Below, piece by piece: positions 39,031 to 52,741 of a DNA stretch of 64,000 bases (its first letter is position 1; every line of letters starts with the position of its first letter). The position numbers were made by a program, and so were the translations under genes. The notes beneath the pieces were generated by a model. The model did not search any database. It saw nothing but the letters and a program-made list of their open reading frames with translations, and was not told where the DNA came from. The DNA is from Octopus sinensis (Eukaryota). The DNA lies in contig NC_043003.1 of NCBI RefSeq assembly GCF_006345805.1, positions 67,580,001 through 67,644,000 of the forward strand, written 5' to 3'.

Positions 39031-39707
39031 AGAAACATATATTGTGTATGTATGTGTGTGTATGTGTGTGTGTGTGTGTGTGTGCGTGTGTGTGTTTAGA
39101 CAAAATTTCTTTGTACCATTTCACAATATTTAATGAAAATTTCTTATATCAACAATCATTTATAGCATAATCCGGTATAATAACATAATCCGACTTCAGT
39201 GATTCCAGTTACACTCCAACGCACAGTAAATATTTAACACATGCAATGGAGTTCCTTTATAGAATGAAGCTTACAAAAAACGCAGATCTAAACGAAATAG
39301 TTATGGAATCAATTATTAAATGAAAAAAAAAAATATAATAAACGTAATAGAAGGAAAATATGGTAGATGCGCAAGAAATATTGAAAACTACGAGAAGTTA
39401 ATTTTTCAAGCAAATCATTTCTGAAGGACATCACATTCCAACCTAATGAAGAATGTAATCATCTTATTACGACTTGGAGAAACTAAACGGAACACAATTT
39501 AGAAGAATGTAACGCTATGATGCAAAATGAAAGTAGAAAAAGTAACGAATGGAAAAACATAAGAAATAAAATTAGATCTATAGTAAAAAGACGCAGAGAA
39601 ACAAGTGATGAAATGAAATATAATACTAGAATCGTCTCATGCGTCCATCCAGGATTAAAAGATTATGAAGTTAATTACGAAGAGAACGTGTGAAAATTGA
39701 AAACCTA

Positions 39708-40061
39708 AAACATATGTTTCTTAAATTTACGTATGTTAAACATGCGTTTCTTAAACATATGTATCCTAAATATACGTATGTTAAACATGCGTATCTTAAG
39801 CATACGTATCTTAAACATAAGTATCTTAAACATACGTATCTTAAACATACGTATCTTAAACATACGTACCTTAAATATACGTATCATAAACATACGTATC
39901 TTAGACATACGTACCTTAAGCATACGTATCTTAAACATAAGTATCGTAAACATACGTATCTTAAACATACGTATCTTAAACATACGTACCTTAAATATAC
40001 GTATCTTAAACATACGTAACATAAACGTAAGTATCTTAAACATGCGTACCTTAAACATACG
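39708..40061. repeat. 15-bp minisatellite (aaacatacgtatctt), about 23-24 copies
   Basis: Direct reading of the tandem unit. It explains the repetitive HTYLK / IRMFK / NIRIL ORFs. Confidence 0.95.
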
Positions 40062-40759
40062 CAGCTTATGGACAACGGAAAGCCGCATAATTTCTTCCAT
40101 ACTAATATACTAGTCAGATCAAGTATTAGGTAAAGGAGACCGACCCTAACCCTTTATGTGTAGAAGTAGTACATGATGGAAAAATAATAAATAATAAATA
40201 ATGCATAATATGAATACAATATTTCATCGAAAATGAAGCAAACTCAACTTCATTCATAAAATACTTCCAAAGAATTAATGGAAGAACAAATACACCGTAG
40301 AACTAAAGAAAACTGAATAAAGCAAGCTAGCATCGCAAAGAAAATGGTATAATTATTATACTGGCCGTATCAATAACCTGTAAGATTCATTCCGAAAAAA
40401 AAAACCATTAGAAAGATAAGGTAGAAATGAATGGTAAGACAAAACTCCTTTTACAGGGAGCAGGATCTCCACTCAAATCAGAATGAAGAAACATTAACGC
40501 CACAAAGATAGATGGAAAGATTCCAAAGTAGTCTACCTCAACGAGATAGGCCTATACTTTTTAGCATCTGCTCTGCTTTTCTCCCTTATGGATATCCCTT
40601 CCTTCAGTTTCTCTACGAGCATACCTCGAGCGAGAAATATCTGAAAAAGGAGCTACAGTTGTTTTGCAAGTGCTCGTCTGCACGATTTAGGAAGACCGCT
40701 GGGAATCCATCAGGGTCGGTAGCTGAGTTAGTGTCAACCTAACTGTCCAGTGTTACATC

Positions 40760-41190
40760 ATCTTTAATGCTGGTGAAATAAATTTTCTTCTCTTTGATTA
40801 CAGTTAAAGTGGCAAAGATTTCTGCTTTGTTTTCTGGTTTGTTCACTTACTTGTGTCTCAGAGGGGTAATGAAAACACTTTGGCGCTGTTCGTTCAGCAG
40901 TATTTAACTTATCCTCATTGGGTTGCCTCTGAGGGAGCCATCATGTTGGAAGAGAAATCCTATCTTATTGCATACTGACGCTGTTTCCTTAGTAAACTTA
41001 AAGAAAGCTTTAGGGTTACACTTGATATTTTCTATAACCCAAGCTTCCTTATCTGTTCTCTCCTTTTCGTGAGATTGATGCAGACTTTTCTCAGTCTTCA
41101 GCTGTGCTCTCTCCAGGCGAGATTTCTGACAACATTTAGGTGTTTGCTCAGGTGGTTCGTAATTTGTCCATCTCATAAGAATTTTCCTTG
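40760..41190 (-). mobile_element. Diverged fragment of the 53-58 kb LINE family
   Basis: SHEKERTDKEAWVIENIKCNPKAFFKFTKETA versus SHEKERADKESWAIENIKSNPRAFYRYAKETA. Confidence 0.85.
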
Positions 41191-41230
41191 TATGCATCTA
41201 GCTATTTATCCACATCTCTATCTATCTATC

Positions 41231-41303
<73 letters not shown>

Positions 41304-42429
41304 TCACACACAAACACACTGCTCTGTGCGTGCGGGTATGTGTGTGTGCAACATAGGTATACAATCTTTCCTATTTTGACAATGCATATACAGACAATAA
41401 TACACATGCAGACGTGCATATACACTAGAACAATCATCCGCACACGCACGAACTCTCTCTCTCTCTCTCTCTCACTCTCTCTCTCACACACACACACTCA
41501 CACACGAACATACATACACGGACAGTCTAAATCATCGGGTTTTATGTCCTATTTATTACTCTACAGAGATGTGTCATTGTAGTCGCTTCTTCTGCCATTT
41601 TCTCCTGCTTCTTTTAATCCAACTGCAAGTATGAATCTATTTTCAAATGTTTGTCTCCGCGTCAGATGATTTTTCAGCTATTTATCTAGCAGACTTTAGC
41701 TTCCGGGTGGCAGTTTTGAAGATCTCTGTGAGGTGGAGAACCGCAATACAGTCATCTGCTACTAACTTGTGTCAACAGTTTTAGCGATAGCATGTTTTGA
41801 AAATTTGTCATCGAAAATTAAGAACCTATTTTATGTAATACTACTGTCTATATAATTATGTGACTAAAGAATCTAATATAATTTCCTATCGCTATTATTA
41901 TTCTTTCATCATTTAATTAAATCGTGGACGACAGAAACAGTAACTTGAATGGAGATTACTACCAGCTTTTATCTGCAGCCGTATATTCTGTCTTACAGAA
42001 ATACCGTTTATGAAATGTTCTATAAATTTCAAAGAAACTGTTTCCCCAGCAGAAACTGTTTTCTTTTGCCGATATTGCAAAGTGTAAATACGAAAAGAGG
42101 TAAGTTTTATTTTATAAACAATGTCTTCTTCAATTGAAATACATTCATATCATATATTATCGTTCAGGAGAGTTTTAATTAAAGCACAATAAGTATGCGG
42201 CCATTAAAGAATAATTTCCATTTTCAATTTGCGTTTCTTACTTCCTTTTCATATCAACATTACTCAAATAATTTATAAGCTAATTAGTTATGAAGACGAA
42301 GTATAAACGAAATGAGTTGGATTTCTGAATTACTGAAAATTAATGATTTATCACATATGACCTGGAGGCAAATAACCATACAGTTCCGTAACGTATATAA
42401 TATGAATATTATTCAACTGTCAGAAAAAT

Positions 42430-43740
42430 GAGCTGGTAGAAACGTTAGCACGCCTGGTAAAATATTAGGTTGTCAGGTATGAAATTTCTAATAAGATATA
42501 TGGTAAACATTGACAGCTGCACATTTTGCACCATTATTATATTTTGACAACCTTTATTTTTTTTCTTAGAAAGCTGATACATCTATTTCTTTATTCTAAC
42601 TCACTTTCTGCTTTATAAAGTATTTATAAATCGTTTTTTGCTATTTTGGTATGGAGATGGATAAGTCAGAAATTCGCACAGTTTTGAAATATGAGTCCTT
42701 TCTTGGAAATACAACATCAAAGATAGCTCGAAATATTAATGGGATATTTCATTCTAATGTTATTACACAACAGACAGTATGAAATTGGCTCGCAAAATTA
42801 TTTTTTTGGTAACTTTGACCTCACAAATGAACAACGCGGTCGACCAGAAACAAAGCCATCTTCGAGTCAGATCCATCTCAAAATGCCCGTGAAGTATCGT
42901 TGTTGTTTGGTGTTATCAAGCAAACAATATAGACTCACCTAGTTCAAATCGGTAAAGTGAAAAAGTTGGATAAATTGGTTCCACATGAACTCAATGAAAA
43001 TCAGAAACAGCAACGTTTGGAAGCCTGCATTATGCTACTTTCTCGTCACAAAAATGAATCATTTTTGAATCGAATTGTAACATGCGGTGAGAAATGGATC
43101 CGTAAACATTCAGCACAATGGTTGGACAAAGACAAGCCACCAAAACACGGTCCAAAATGCAAAATTCATCAAAAATAGCTGATGGTGTGTGTTTGGTGAT
43201 CTGGTGCAGGTGTGATCCATTATGATTTCATTAAACCTGGCTCATCAATCACAGCCGAAGTACACTGCAGCCAACTGGACCAAACGATACAGAAACTTAC
43301 GAAAAAAAACTCACTTGATCTTGCCCCCACTGACAACTACTTCTTCCAGAATTTGGATAACTTTTTGCTGATGCTGTAAAACAGGCCTTCCAAGATTTTA
43401 TTGAATCTAGATTGCCAGGTTTTTACAGTTCCTGGTTGGGCAGGCTACCGCTGAAATAGCAAAAATGTATTGACAATATGGGTGTATACTTTGATGAATA
43501 AAACTATTCTTTGTATTTATTAACATTAGCAAACTTTTTCTTCTTTTCTACAAATTTCGTACTTGACAACTTAATACTTAACGGCATTTCGTCCCTCTCT
43601 ACGTTCTAAGTTCAAATTCTGCCAGGTTCGAATTTGCCTTTCATGCTTTCGGCATGGATAACATAAGTACCAAACGGGAACTCGGTTGATGCAATCGATT
43701 TACTCCCTCCCTGAAAATTACTGGTTTTGTGTCAAAATGA
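42430..43740 (+). mobile_element. OR-type SINE split by a mariner insertion
   Basis: The SINE head (gagctggtagaaacgttagcacgcctggtaaaa) stops at TA 42463-64 and resumes after TA 43575-76 (cttaacggcatttcgtc...). Confidence 0.85.
42465..43574 (+). mobile_element. Decayed mariner element
   Basis: TIRs ttaggttgtcaggtatgaaattt / reverse complement ttaagttgtcaagtacgaaattt with TA TSD. Transposase pieces KKLDKLVPHELNENQKQQRLEACIMLL and IVTCGEKW. Confidence 0.9.
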
Positions 43741-44589
43741 GAAAATAATGTTATTTGGATGTAACAATCAGTTGACAAACTTTATTATCGGCATATTGTC
43801 CGTCTTTACGTTCCAGGTCCAAATTCTGTTTAGGTCGATTTTGCCTTTTGGTGTTGATAACATAAGTATCGTTTAAAGACTGGGCTCAATATAATCGAGT
43901 GAGCCCTACCACACATCTGCTGACCCTGTGCCAAAATTTGAATTCAATATTATTTAACTGTCACCTGTTCACCTTATATCAGAAAACGTCTATATTTGTG
44001 AAATGTAAGTAAAGCCTTAAATATTTGATGCATTAGGACAAATTTCAAATTGGGAATAATGAAGACAGACATAGCAGCAACAGTTTCAGAGAGTGTAAAC
44101 AGAATAATTGTAAAAAGTATTTTTGGCAAAATATGTTTGCACTCATTGAAATAACGAAGAGATAATAAAGATGAATATAGGGTGGAAGTGGAGGAATTAC
44201 ATTTTAAATCGTAATATGGTTCATTAAACACGGCGTATAAAAAAATCAGCGTATATTATAAACAAAAACATCAACATCAAATCGAAAACCAAAAAAATTG
44301 CAAACTAAAGAATTTGTCTGCAACGAATTTTGTAGAAATGTTTACGTCGTCTCAAAAGTTGTAAAGGTAATTTCTTATGTTACTCCAGCAAACACATGGA
44401 TACTCGATTCGTTGTCTGTCGACGAAGCTATTACGTTAAGGGGACATGGCAATACATAACATTACAGAAAGAGAAATGCAACTTAAGAGTACAACTTAAG
44501 TTAATACAACTAACATCCCTTAAATAGATTCTGACGAATCTAGATTACCGGGAGATTAAATAAACTAAGAAAAATAACTGGCAGCGCAC

Positions 44590-45295
44590 TTAAAACGACA
44601 AAGTGGACCACTTTGTATACTTTTGTATCTTTTTTATCTTTATCTCATTTTATCTTTATTTTTGTTTTTTTTATTTTTTACTCTTTATTTTTTGTACATT
44701 TTACACTTTCACAATACATTTCTAGAATTTATGACCCTATACCTAACGTTCTTTATATCTTTATATATTTATACTTTTACATCTTTACCTTTTAAAATAT
44801 TTTATTATCTTTTATAATTATATTTCTATTTATATATTTTTTTGTGATCCCAAGTTCATTAACGCTTCCTCTCCTTCACCTCTTTTCTCTTTTTCTCAAC
44901 ATCCAATCCTCCTTTTTTCCTTCCCTTACAAGAAGAATGAACCCAACCGTAATCTACCCAGTATTCACTCTATATTGAGTGAGAAAACGGTATGGACGAT
45001 TTTTTGGAGTCTAATAATACCCTGTACGCCTATTTGATTATGAAGATTCACAAACATACTTTCCCAGTGGTACTCGGTTTACCAACCATTATAAATAATA
45101 CCAAATGTTCTTTCTCAAACCTTTCATAATGTGATACAAATCTTTGGTGTAGCAATTGCATGCGGCTGAAGAGGGCTTTTGAACTATCTGTTATGTCGAA
45201 TATGCATTGATGTAAGAATAAGTTGTTCTATAAAGCTCGAAACATGTGTACCGCGACATCCTCTGTGTCCTGTTTTTAATTTTATTTCATTTGAT
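44590..45295 (+). mobile_element. Putative ORF-less solo pseudo-LTR of a PLE family
   Basis: Same layout as 52315-52872: a T/C-rich low-complexity body, an HHR with identical GCGG/CCGC stem I, a short T-rich tail, then (TA)n. The left boundary is approximate. Confidence 0.6.
45162..45254 (+). ncRNA. Minimal type I hammerhead ribozyme motif with canonical core
   Basis: gcgg CTGAAGA gggcttt...aaagctc GAAAC atgt GTA ccgc. Stem II is 7 bp closed by G-C. Predicted cut after 45250. Confidence 0.85.
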
Positions 45296-45595
45296 ATATA
45301 TATATATATTACATTCGCACGCATGGTCATATATATTTCCTGCGATCTAATTGGCTTTAAGCTCACCTGAAGCTTGTACAACTAAAGAGGGTAGTTTTGG
45401 GACACACAATGTCACACGGATTCTGCCTGAAAAATACATTAAAGGAATGCGTATCTATAGGATACGCAGCCTAGTCGCGGTCAGTTGTTGATGCAGAAGC
45501 ATGCAATGCCTTCCTAGAAAAGGTGAATCAGCATCCCGAACGGAATACACAGACACACATAGAATTATGCATATTATATATATATATATATATAA

Positions 45596-45743
<148 letters not shown>

Positions 45744-46994
45744 TCTAATATCTTATTCTTATTTTTCTCATTGAAAAAATGTTCATTAATTTTAAATATA
45801 TTGTTGATTATACGAAACTATTAAACAAGTTTCGGAGCTCAGTAAAAACATATAAGTATGCTGTTGTAGTTATGTATTTTTATGTAACTTAAATAAACGT
45901 TATTTAAGCTGAATATTCTCCATAAAGTGGGAGCCTTTTAAAAAGCAAACGGAAATGTATTTTAATAAAGATAATAAATTGTGTGAAGGAGAAAGAAAGA
46001 AAGAGAATGAAAGAGGGAGGTAGAGGAGCGGGGTGTCGAAGGGTGGGTGCATGTTTCTTAGATCGATGAAATTTGTCAAAGAATCTGACATTATGCCCTG
46101 AGGTAAATACTGAGCAATACCGTATTAACTGGTGAAAAATAGGAAATCAAATCTTATATTTGCATGTAGCTAATTTGCCTTCAGACATTTTCATTGAAAA
46201 AATAATAGAAAATAAATCTAAGCTGTACATATTGCCGATATTAGTGGTTACATGAAGGAAATGATGTTGGTATATTATGCAATTGATTATTATTATGAAG
46301 TAGAAATTTCTTGCTGTAAAATCTTAGCATTGAAATTAACAGCATTTCTTTAACATTAACATTCTAACAACATTCTTTAAAATATAGATTCAATTGTTCA
46401 AAAGTTCAGAAAATATCTCGGATAATCTTGATACATTTTTCGTTTTTTATTTTCTTTTAACATTAGCAACTTGCGGTGAGTTAAGAGAATCGTTAGTACG
46501 TTGAACAAAGTGTATTTCGTCTGTCTTTACATTTCGACTTCGAATTACGCCGAGGTCGACTTTGCCTTTCATCCTTTCGGAGTCGATAAAATAAGTTCTA
46601 TTTGAATACTGGAGTTGATCTAATCGACTTACCTTCTTTCTTGCAGTTGACGATTTTATGCCAAAGTTTGAAATCAACTTACTAAAATAGTAGATTCTGA
46701 TTAAAAACGAAAAATATTTGTAAGGATCACGATTTTAATTTTTGGAAGTTCGCAATGTTTAAAGCAAAAACTTTAGTAGATAGCAATATATTTCGTCAAT
46801 ATTATAACTGGTGCAATTTATACTATGCATGTACTGCAAAATATCATATAGTATATCCATCAAAATAGTGAATACGTAAATTGAACCTTCACAAAATGGT
46901 TTTGGAAGAAACACCATATAATCTGCAACATATAAGAAAATTATAAGCTTTAAAAGAAAGTATATTTTACGTTTTTGGTACTTTCTGTTCTACT

Positions 46995-47200
46995 ACTGTA
47001 TAGGAAGGAAGAGAGAGAGAGAGTAAGAGAAAGTTGTGGCGAACGAGTACAACAGGGGTCGCCACCACCCCTGCCGGAGCCTCGTGGAGCTTTCAGATAT
47101 TTTCGCTCAACAAACACACACAACGCCCGGTCTGGGAATCGAAACCGCGATCCTCCGACCGCTAGTCCGTGGCCTAACCAATGAGCCATTGCGTTTCCAC
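46995..47200 (-). mobile_element. tRNA-derived SINE, third family
   Basis: Minus strand ggctcattggttagg (A box) and ggtttcgattccc (B box). Confidence 0.75.
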
Positions 47201-48967
47201 ACTACTCTACAGTAATTGATACAAAACTAATTCCGATATTTCCAAGAATCAAGTGTGATGATGAATAAATTATACTGGATTACAATAATATAGTAACATA
47301 GTAAGAATTTTAATCAACCACAAGCTCTCCAGCACCCCGCATAAAATCGAGAAAAAAATCCTATGCTTAGATTCCGAACAATTTTGTGCGACTACTTGAC
47401 AGTCTTATAAGATTACAGGTTCTGATAATGGTTTCAAATGTTGGCACAAGGCGAGCAATATCGTGGGAGAGGTTTAGTCGATTACATCGATCACCACAGT
47501 TCAACGGGTATTTATTTTATCGAGCTCGTAATGATAAATGCAAAGTCGACGTTGTTGGCATTTAAAATTGGAACTTTAAAGTTGGAAGAAATTCTGCCGA
47601 ACAATTTTTTCCGGCGCGGTAACGATTACGCCAGCTTGCGACCTTACAATTACGGGTTCGAATAATTGACACTTTATATAGCGTGAGTTTTGGCTGCGAA
47701 TTCTAACAGCTCGACCCAACTCATAGAGGTACCCTTCTGGCTCATATACACTCCTGGTGAAATATATGGCTGTGAATTATATGAAGATATATCATTTTAG
47801 TCTCTGGATACAATCGACGGTGAAGGCAAGAGTCTATAACAATATACAAAACAATGAAACAATTATTTTTTAAAAAATTAGACTTCAGTCAGTTACTGAC
47901 ATGATCTCCAACAAATAATGTATTTCTTTTGTTTCGATTATTACCCCAGGCCTTGAATTTTAAATACCTTGACAACTGAAATTTGAAACCTGAAAGTCAA
48001 AGGCAATTGGTAGTTGTATATGTACTTGTTTCTGAACTGCTCACAAGGGGCCCCCAAGCAGTTAAGAAATAAGTATATTAAAGGACCTGAAGCAGTCTAA
48101 TATGCCGTACATTGTTAAGCAAATAGTGAATCATTTCCTATTGTACCTATCAACTACAACTAAGTGTCTTGCTCATTTATGACATACGTATCATCTTTCG
48201 ATTAGGGACATCTTAATTTAGTCTTCACTATCGAAGAAATATCTTCGTTAACAATTTTCACGAAAATCAATTATTTATCTTAAGTTATCTTGACATCTAT
48301 AAACTAGTAATGAAGTCTAATTAAAATTATTTGTAAAAGGATATATTTCTGTTTATAGGCTGAAGGCAAGGAATTATATGATTACAATCATATACAGGTA
48401 AGTAACAATCAAAGGTGTTTCATTAAAATGCTAACACCTTTACCTCAAACCGAGATCGACTGTGACACTTCATCTCACTTAACCTAATGCACTTATCAAT
48501 TTATTATGATATCGTATTACCTTATGCTGTTACACAAAATTTTCTAAAAGACTTTGCAGTATAAATTAACGCAAAGCAATCGGTTACAGCACATGATGTG
48601 TACAAAAACAAAGATAATCTGAATGTTAACCTATCTAATCATGCGCAGTACATTCTGGCAGATTCGAACCTGAAGATCCGAGCGCTGTTGGTTTTTGCCA
48701 TCGAAAAAATATCTTCTAATCATACGTGATGTATGAGCAAAACGTTCGCGATTTCGATGAAAGGGAACTTCGAAACGCTACACTGTTTTGACCTTATTGC
48801 TTTCTTCTCAGGCAGAGCCCGCCTCATCGACGGTATCAAACGTGATTACAGGCTCTCGATACATAAATCAGCGAGCTGTTTGCTACTTCGTGCTGAGGTC
48901 TACTGAATAGAATATCTCAAGCGATGTTGGGGAGACAAATACAGACACACAGACATATACACACAGG

Positions 48968-49002
<35 letters not shown>

Positions 49003-49050
49003 TGATCAAAATAAAAATAAAAATAAAAACAAGATGAGGCGAAGGATTCA

Positions 49051-49128
49051 GCGGTACATATGTTTCGGGCCTTTATTAGACAGATTCATAACAAATCATA
49101 ATGTATGTCTGTGGCCTTCTTCAGCCGC
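49051..49128 (-). ncRNA. Hammerhead ribozyme motif in the inverted pLTR copy
   Basis: Exact reverse complement of 52742-52819. Confidence 0.75.
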
Positions 49129-49554
49129 GCACAACAGCTTCCACAAGGACATGTGTTACTTCCGAAATTCTTGGTTGGGGATGCAAATCTTCTCGTTCCC
49201 GTACGACATAATGCGGCAGCAGCATCGAATGAATCGTCCATCTCTTTCTTCTCTCAATGTAGAATGAGGAAACTTGGATGTTGAGGTAATGTAAATAAAT
49301 AAATACGTATATAGAGGTGAAGATGGAGGGGCGAGAGTTCGGGACGAGGGATAAAAATATAAAATAATATAAAATAATATAAAAATGTAGAGGATAAAGA
49401 TATAAAGAGTTGTAAGGAGATGTAAAGGGGGTATAAAGAAATATAAAGAAATATAAATAAATGTAAAGGCATAAGGTTGTAAAGTAAAAATAGAAATGGA
49501 AATAATAGTAAAAGAAGTAAAAGAACCTGATAAAAACATGATAAAAGTGTAAAA

Positions 49555-51051
49555 GCCTACCTGCTCAAGAAGCTTTTCTCCGAGGTACCGGATCTTCAGG
49601 GGGGTCTATACAGAGACGACGCTCTCTTCATATACCCCACCAACAATAGGAGTAAACTAGAAAGAATTAGGAAAAAGATCAGGCTTTTTTTCAAATCCTT
49701 CAATCTTAAACTAGAATTTATGACCAATACTAAAATAGTTAACTTCTTAGATGTTACGTTAGATTTGAATAAGCACCTTCACTACCCGTATAGGAAACCA
49801 GAAGAAACTACCAAATACATCCATACCTCTTCCAACCATCCACCCTGTATAATTAGCACCACAGTCCAAGCCATCTCAGACAGACTGACAAAACTATCCT
49901 CTAATAGAGAAATTTTCAATAATCATGCTCAACACTACAACCAAGCTCTCTATAGTGCCGGATATAACCAGAGAATATCATATGTAGACCAACCGGGAGC
50001 GTCCGTCGACCATAAGACTCCCAATTATAATCGAACTCAGCACTCAACTCACACTACCGATAAGTCTAATTCAAACTCCAAACAACGTATAGGAAATAGG
50101 CGAACTAATAGAACAGCACACAATAGTAACCCTCCCGACGAGAACAATATAGATCCTATTAGGAGAAATAGAAGGGATAATAGTAGATTACGCAAATACA
50201 TATGGTTCAACATACCTTTCAACTTAGCAGTTAGGGGTAAGTTATGTAAAAGAATATTCTCTATAATTTCCAACAACTTCCCACCCACCCACAAATATAG
50301 AAGTATCTTCTCCAACAAAACTATTAGGATTTCCTACTCTACCCTGCCCAACATGAGCTGCCTCTTAGCTAAACACTACTATATTAATATTAGAACAGCT
50401 AGATCAAGAGCAAACCATAGCGACCAACAGAACCCCCCTCATCTAGACAGTAGGCAATATAACCAGACTGGCAGCCATAACACCCAAGCAGCTAGTAATA
50501 ACACCCGCCAACACAACAGAGGAAATACTACACCCATCAACAACCAGGAGGATACCAACGCCCCCACTCGTATTGCAACACCTCCGCCTAGGATTAGCAG
50601 CACACGACCGAATAATGCAATGCAATGCAACTGCAGATGTGCATCAGAGTGCCCGCTGCAGGGCGCATGCAGGGCGAAAAACGTAATATACTCATGTAAG
50701 GTGAGTACTCAATTTAACACACTCACCTATATTGGTTGCTCAACCTCCTGGAAATCCAGATACTACAACCACCGGTCCTCGCTGAGACATAGACATAAGG
50801 CTAACAGCACCTCCCTCTCTAAAAGAATTTGGGAATTAAAAGACAAATGCATAAGCTTCAAACTCAGATGGTCCATCATCGGATCAGCTGCACCTTATTT
50901 AAATAATAGAGCAGGATGCCAACTATGCTGTGTAGAACTCCTGAACATCTTGAAATTCAAAGACAAACACAATCTTATTAACAAAAGGTCAGAGTTCAAA
51001 CCATCCTGTATACATAAACTTATTAATACTTTCAAATACTACAATGCTTAG
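49555..51051 (+). CDS. PLE polyprotein fragment: RT (from the YRDD motif), thumb, GIY-YIG endonuclease
   Basis: The frame is open upstream of the annotated ATG: GGLYRDD (YRDD 49609-49620), then FLDVTLDL, SSNHPP, CNC..CPLQGAC, VIY...YIG, RYYNH, CQLC, NKRSE..CIH. No internal stop. Confidence 0.9.
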   Translation, partial: AYLLKKLFSEVPDLQGGLYRDDALFIYPTNNRSKLERIRKKIRLFFKSFNLKLEFMTNTKIVNFLDVTLDLNKHLHYPYRKPEETTKYIHTSSNHPPCIISTTVQAISDRLTKLSSNREIFNNHAQHYNQALYSAGYNQRISYVDQPGASVDHKTPNYNRTQHSTHTTDKSNSNSKQRIGNRRTNRTAHNSNPPDENNIDPIRRNRRDNSRLRKYIWFNIPFNLAVRGKLCKRIFSIISNNFPPTHKYRSIFSNKTIRISYSTLPNMSCLLAKHYYINIRTARSRANHSDQQNPPHLDSRQYNQTGSHNTQAASNNTRQHNRGNTTPINNQEDTNAPTRIATPPPRISSTRPNNAMQCNCRCASECPLQGACRAKNVIYSCKVSTQFNTLTYIGCSTSWKSRYYNHRSSLRHRHKANSTSLSKRIWELKDKCISFKLRWSIIGSAAPYLNNRAGCQLCCVELLNILKFKDKHNLINKRSEFKPSCIHKLINTFKYYNA

Positions 51052-52741
51052 GTCTTATACCAACTCCCCCATGCTATTTCCTCCCACCCGGTGCAACCTG
51101 TCGGCTCCAGCACATCCCGTTTTCCTATATGTGCGTGTGTATGTGTGTGTGTGTGTGTGTGTGTGCGTGTGTATGTGCACATACGTGTATGTGTGTGTAC
51201 ATATACATATATATATTTATGTGGGCCACCTCCATCTCATGTTAAACTTTACAAAATTATATTTTTACCTTATTTTTTTATTTTTATATTTTATTTTATT
51301 TTATTTTATTTTTATTTTTATTTTCATTTTTATTTTTATTTTTATTTTTACTTTCATCCTACTTCCATTTATTTTTATTTTTATTTTTATTTTTATTTTT
51401 ATTTTTATTTTTAATTTTATTTTTACTTTTATTTTTACTTTTATTCTACTTCCATTTACTCTCATTTTCATTTTCATCCCTTACCTTAACTCTTATAACC
51501 CTTATAATTCTTATATTTCATTTCTAACTATTACATTGTATTTCTTATTTTATACTGTATTTTTTATATCTAATCTTTACCCTTACCCTCATTCTTACCC
51601 CTAACTTATCGCTTTACACCTCTATATGTTTATTTACTTACCTACGGATCCGCCTTTTGAGTATGCGAGCGTCCGCGTACGTGTGTATGCGCATACATAC
51701 ATATGCGCGCGCGTATATGTACATGCATACTTCGATATCTTATGACTATACCCATGGGCGCGTGTGTCTCTGTATGTGTATGTGAATATATATATGTGCA
51801 CGCACATACGGACACACAGCCGTGTGTGCGTGCGCGTATTAACATGAGTACGGGATTCTTTACATACGTTCTTATACACATCCTTTAATATCTTATACCT
51901 AGACCTAGAGACGTGGGCATATACGTGTACGTATGTAGTGAGGGGCGCGCGTATATACATGTGAGCGTGTACGCGCGTAATGTCCGTCTATATATGCGGA
52001 TATTCTGTTGTATGTATGTGTGCGTGCGCGCGTGCGTGTGGGTGCGTGTGTGCTTATGTACGTGTTTACACGCGAGTGCGTGTGTATGCTTATAGACTTG
52101 GAGACGTATATGTACGCGTGTATGTGGGTGTATGTACCCATGATGATATGTATGTACTGGAAGTCCATTTAATTCAAGGAACCAGATTAAACTCTCATCA
52201 GCTCTGATTTACGACGAAACCGTTAATTTACTGACAGTTCTACAACTAAGTTTTATCAATCTCCTGACCACCATGCTGGGTCCGCGACCTCTATACATCC
52301 CTTATCTTTACATTCTTTTACACTTTTATCATGTTTTTATCAGGTTCTTTTACTTCTTTTACTATTATTTCCATTTCTATTTTTACTTTACAACCTTATG
52401 CCTTTACATTTATTTATATTTCTTTATATTTCTTTATACCCCTTTACATCTCCTTACAACTCTTTATATCTTTATCCTCTACATTTTTATATTATTTTAT
52501 ATTATTTTATATTTTTTATCCCTCGTCCCGAACTCTCGCCCCTCCATCTTCACCTCTATATACGTATTTATTTATTTACATTACCTCAACATCCAAGTTC
52601 CTCATTCTACATTGAGAGAAGAAAGAGATGGACGATTCAATTCGATGCTGCTGCCGCATTATGTCGTACGGGAACGAGAAGATTTGCATCCCCAACCAAG
52701 AATTTCGGAAGTAACACATGTCCTTGTGGAAGCTGTTGTGC

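Noticed and set aside
49569-49599. Antisense CTGAAGA-tccg/cgga-GAAAAGCTTC inside the PLE RT coding region
   Set aside because: Core, stem II and a palindromic stem III are present, but stem I cannot form (cccc versus ttga). The sequence is constrained by RT coding, so it is probably coincidental.
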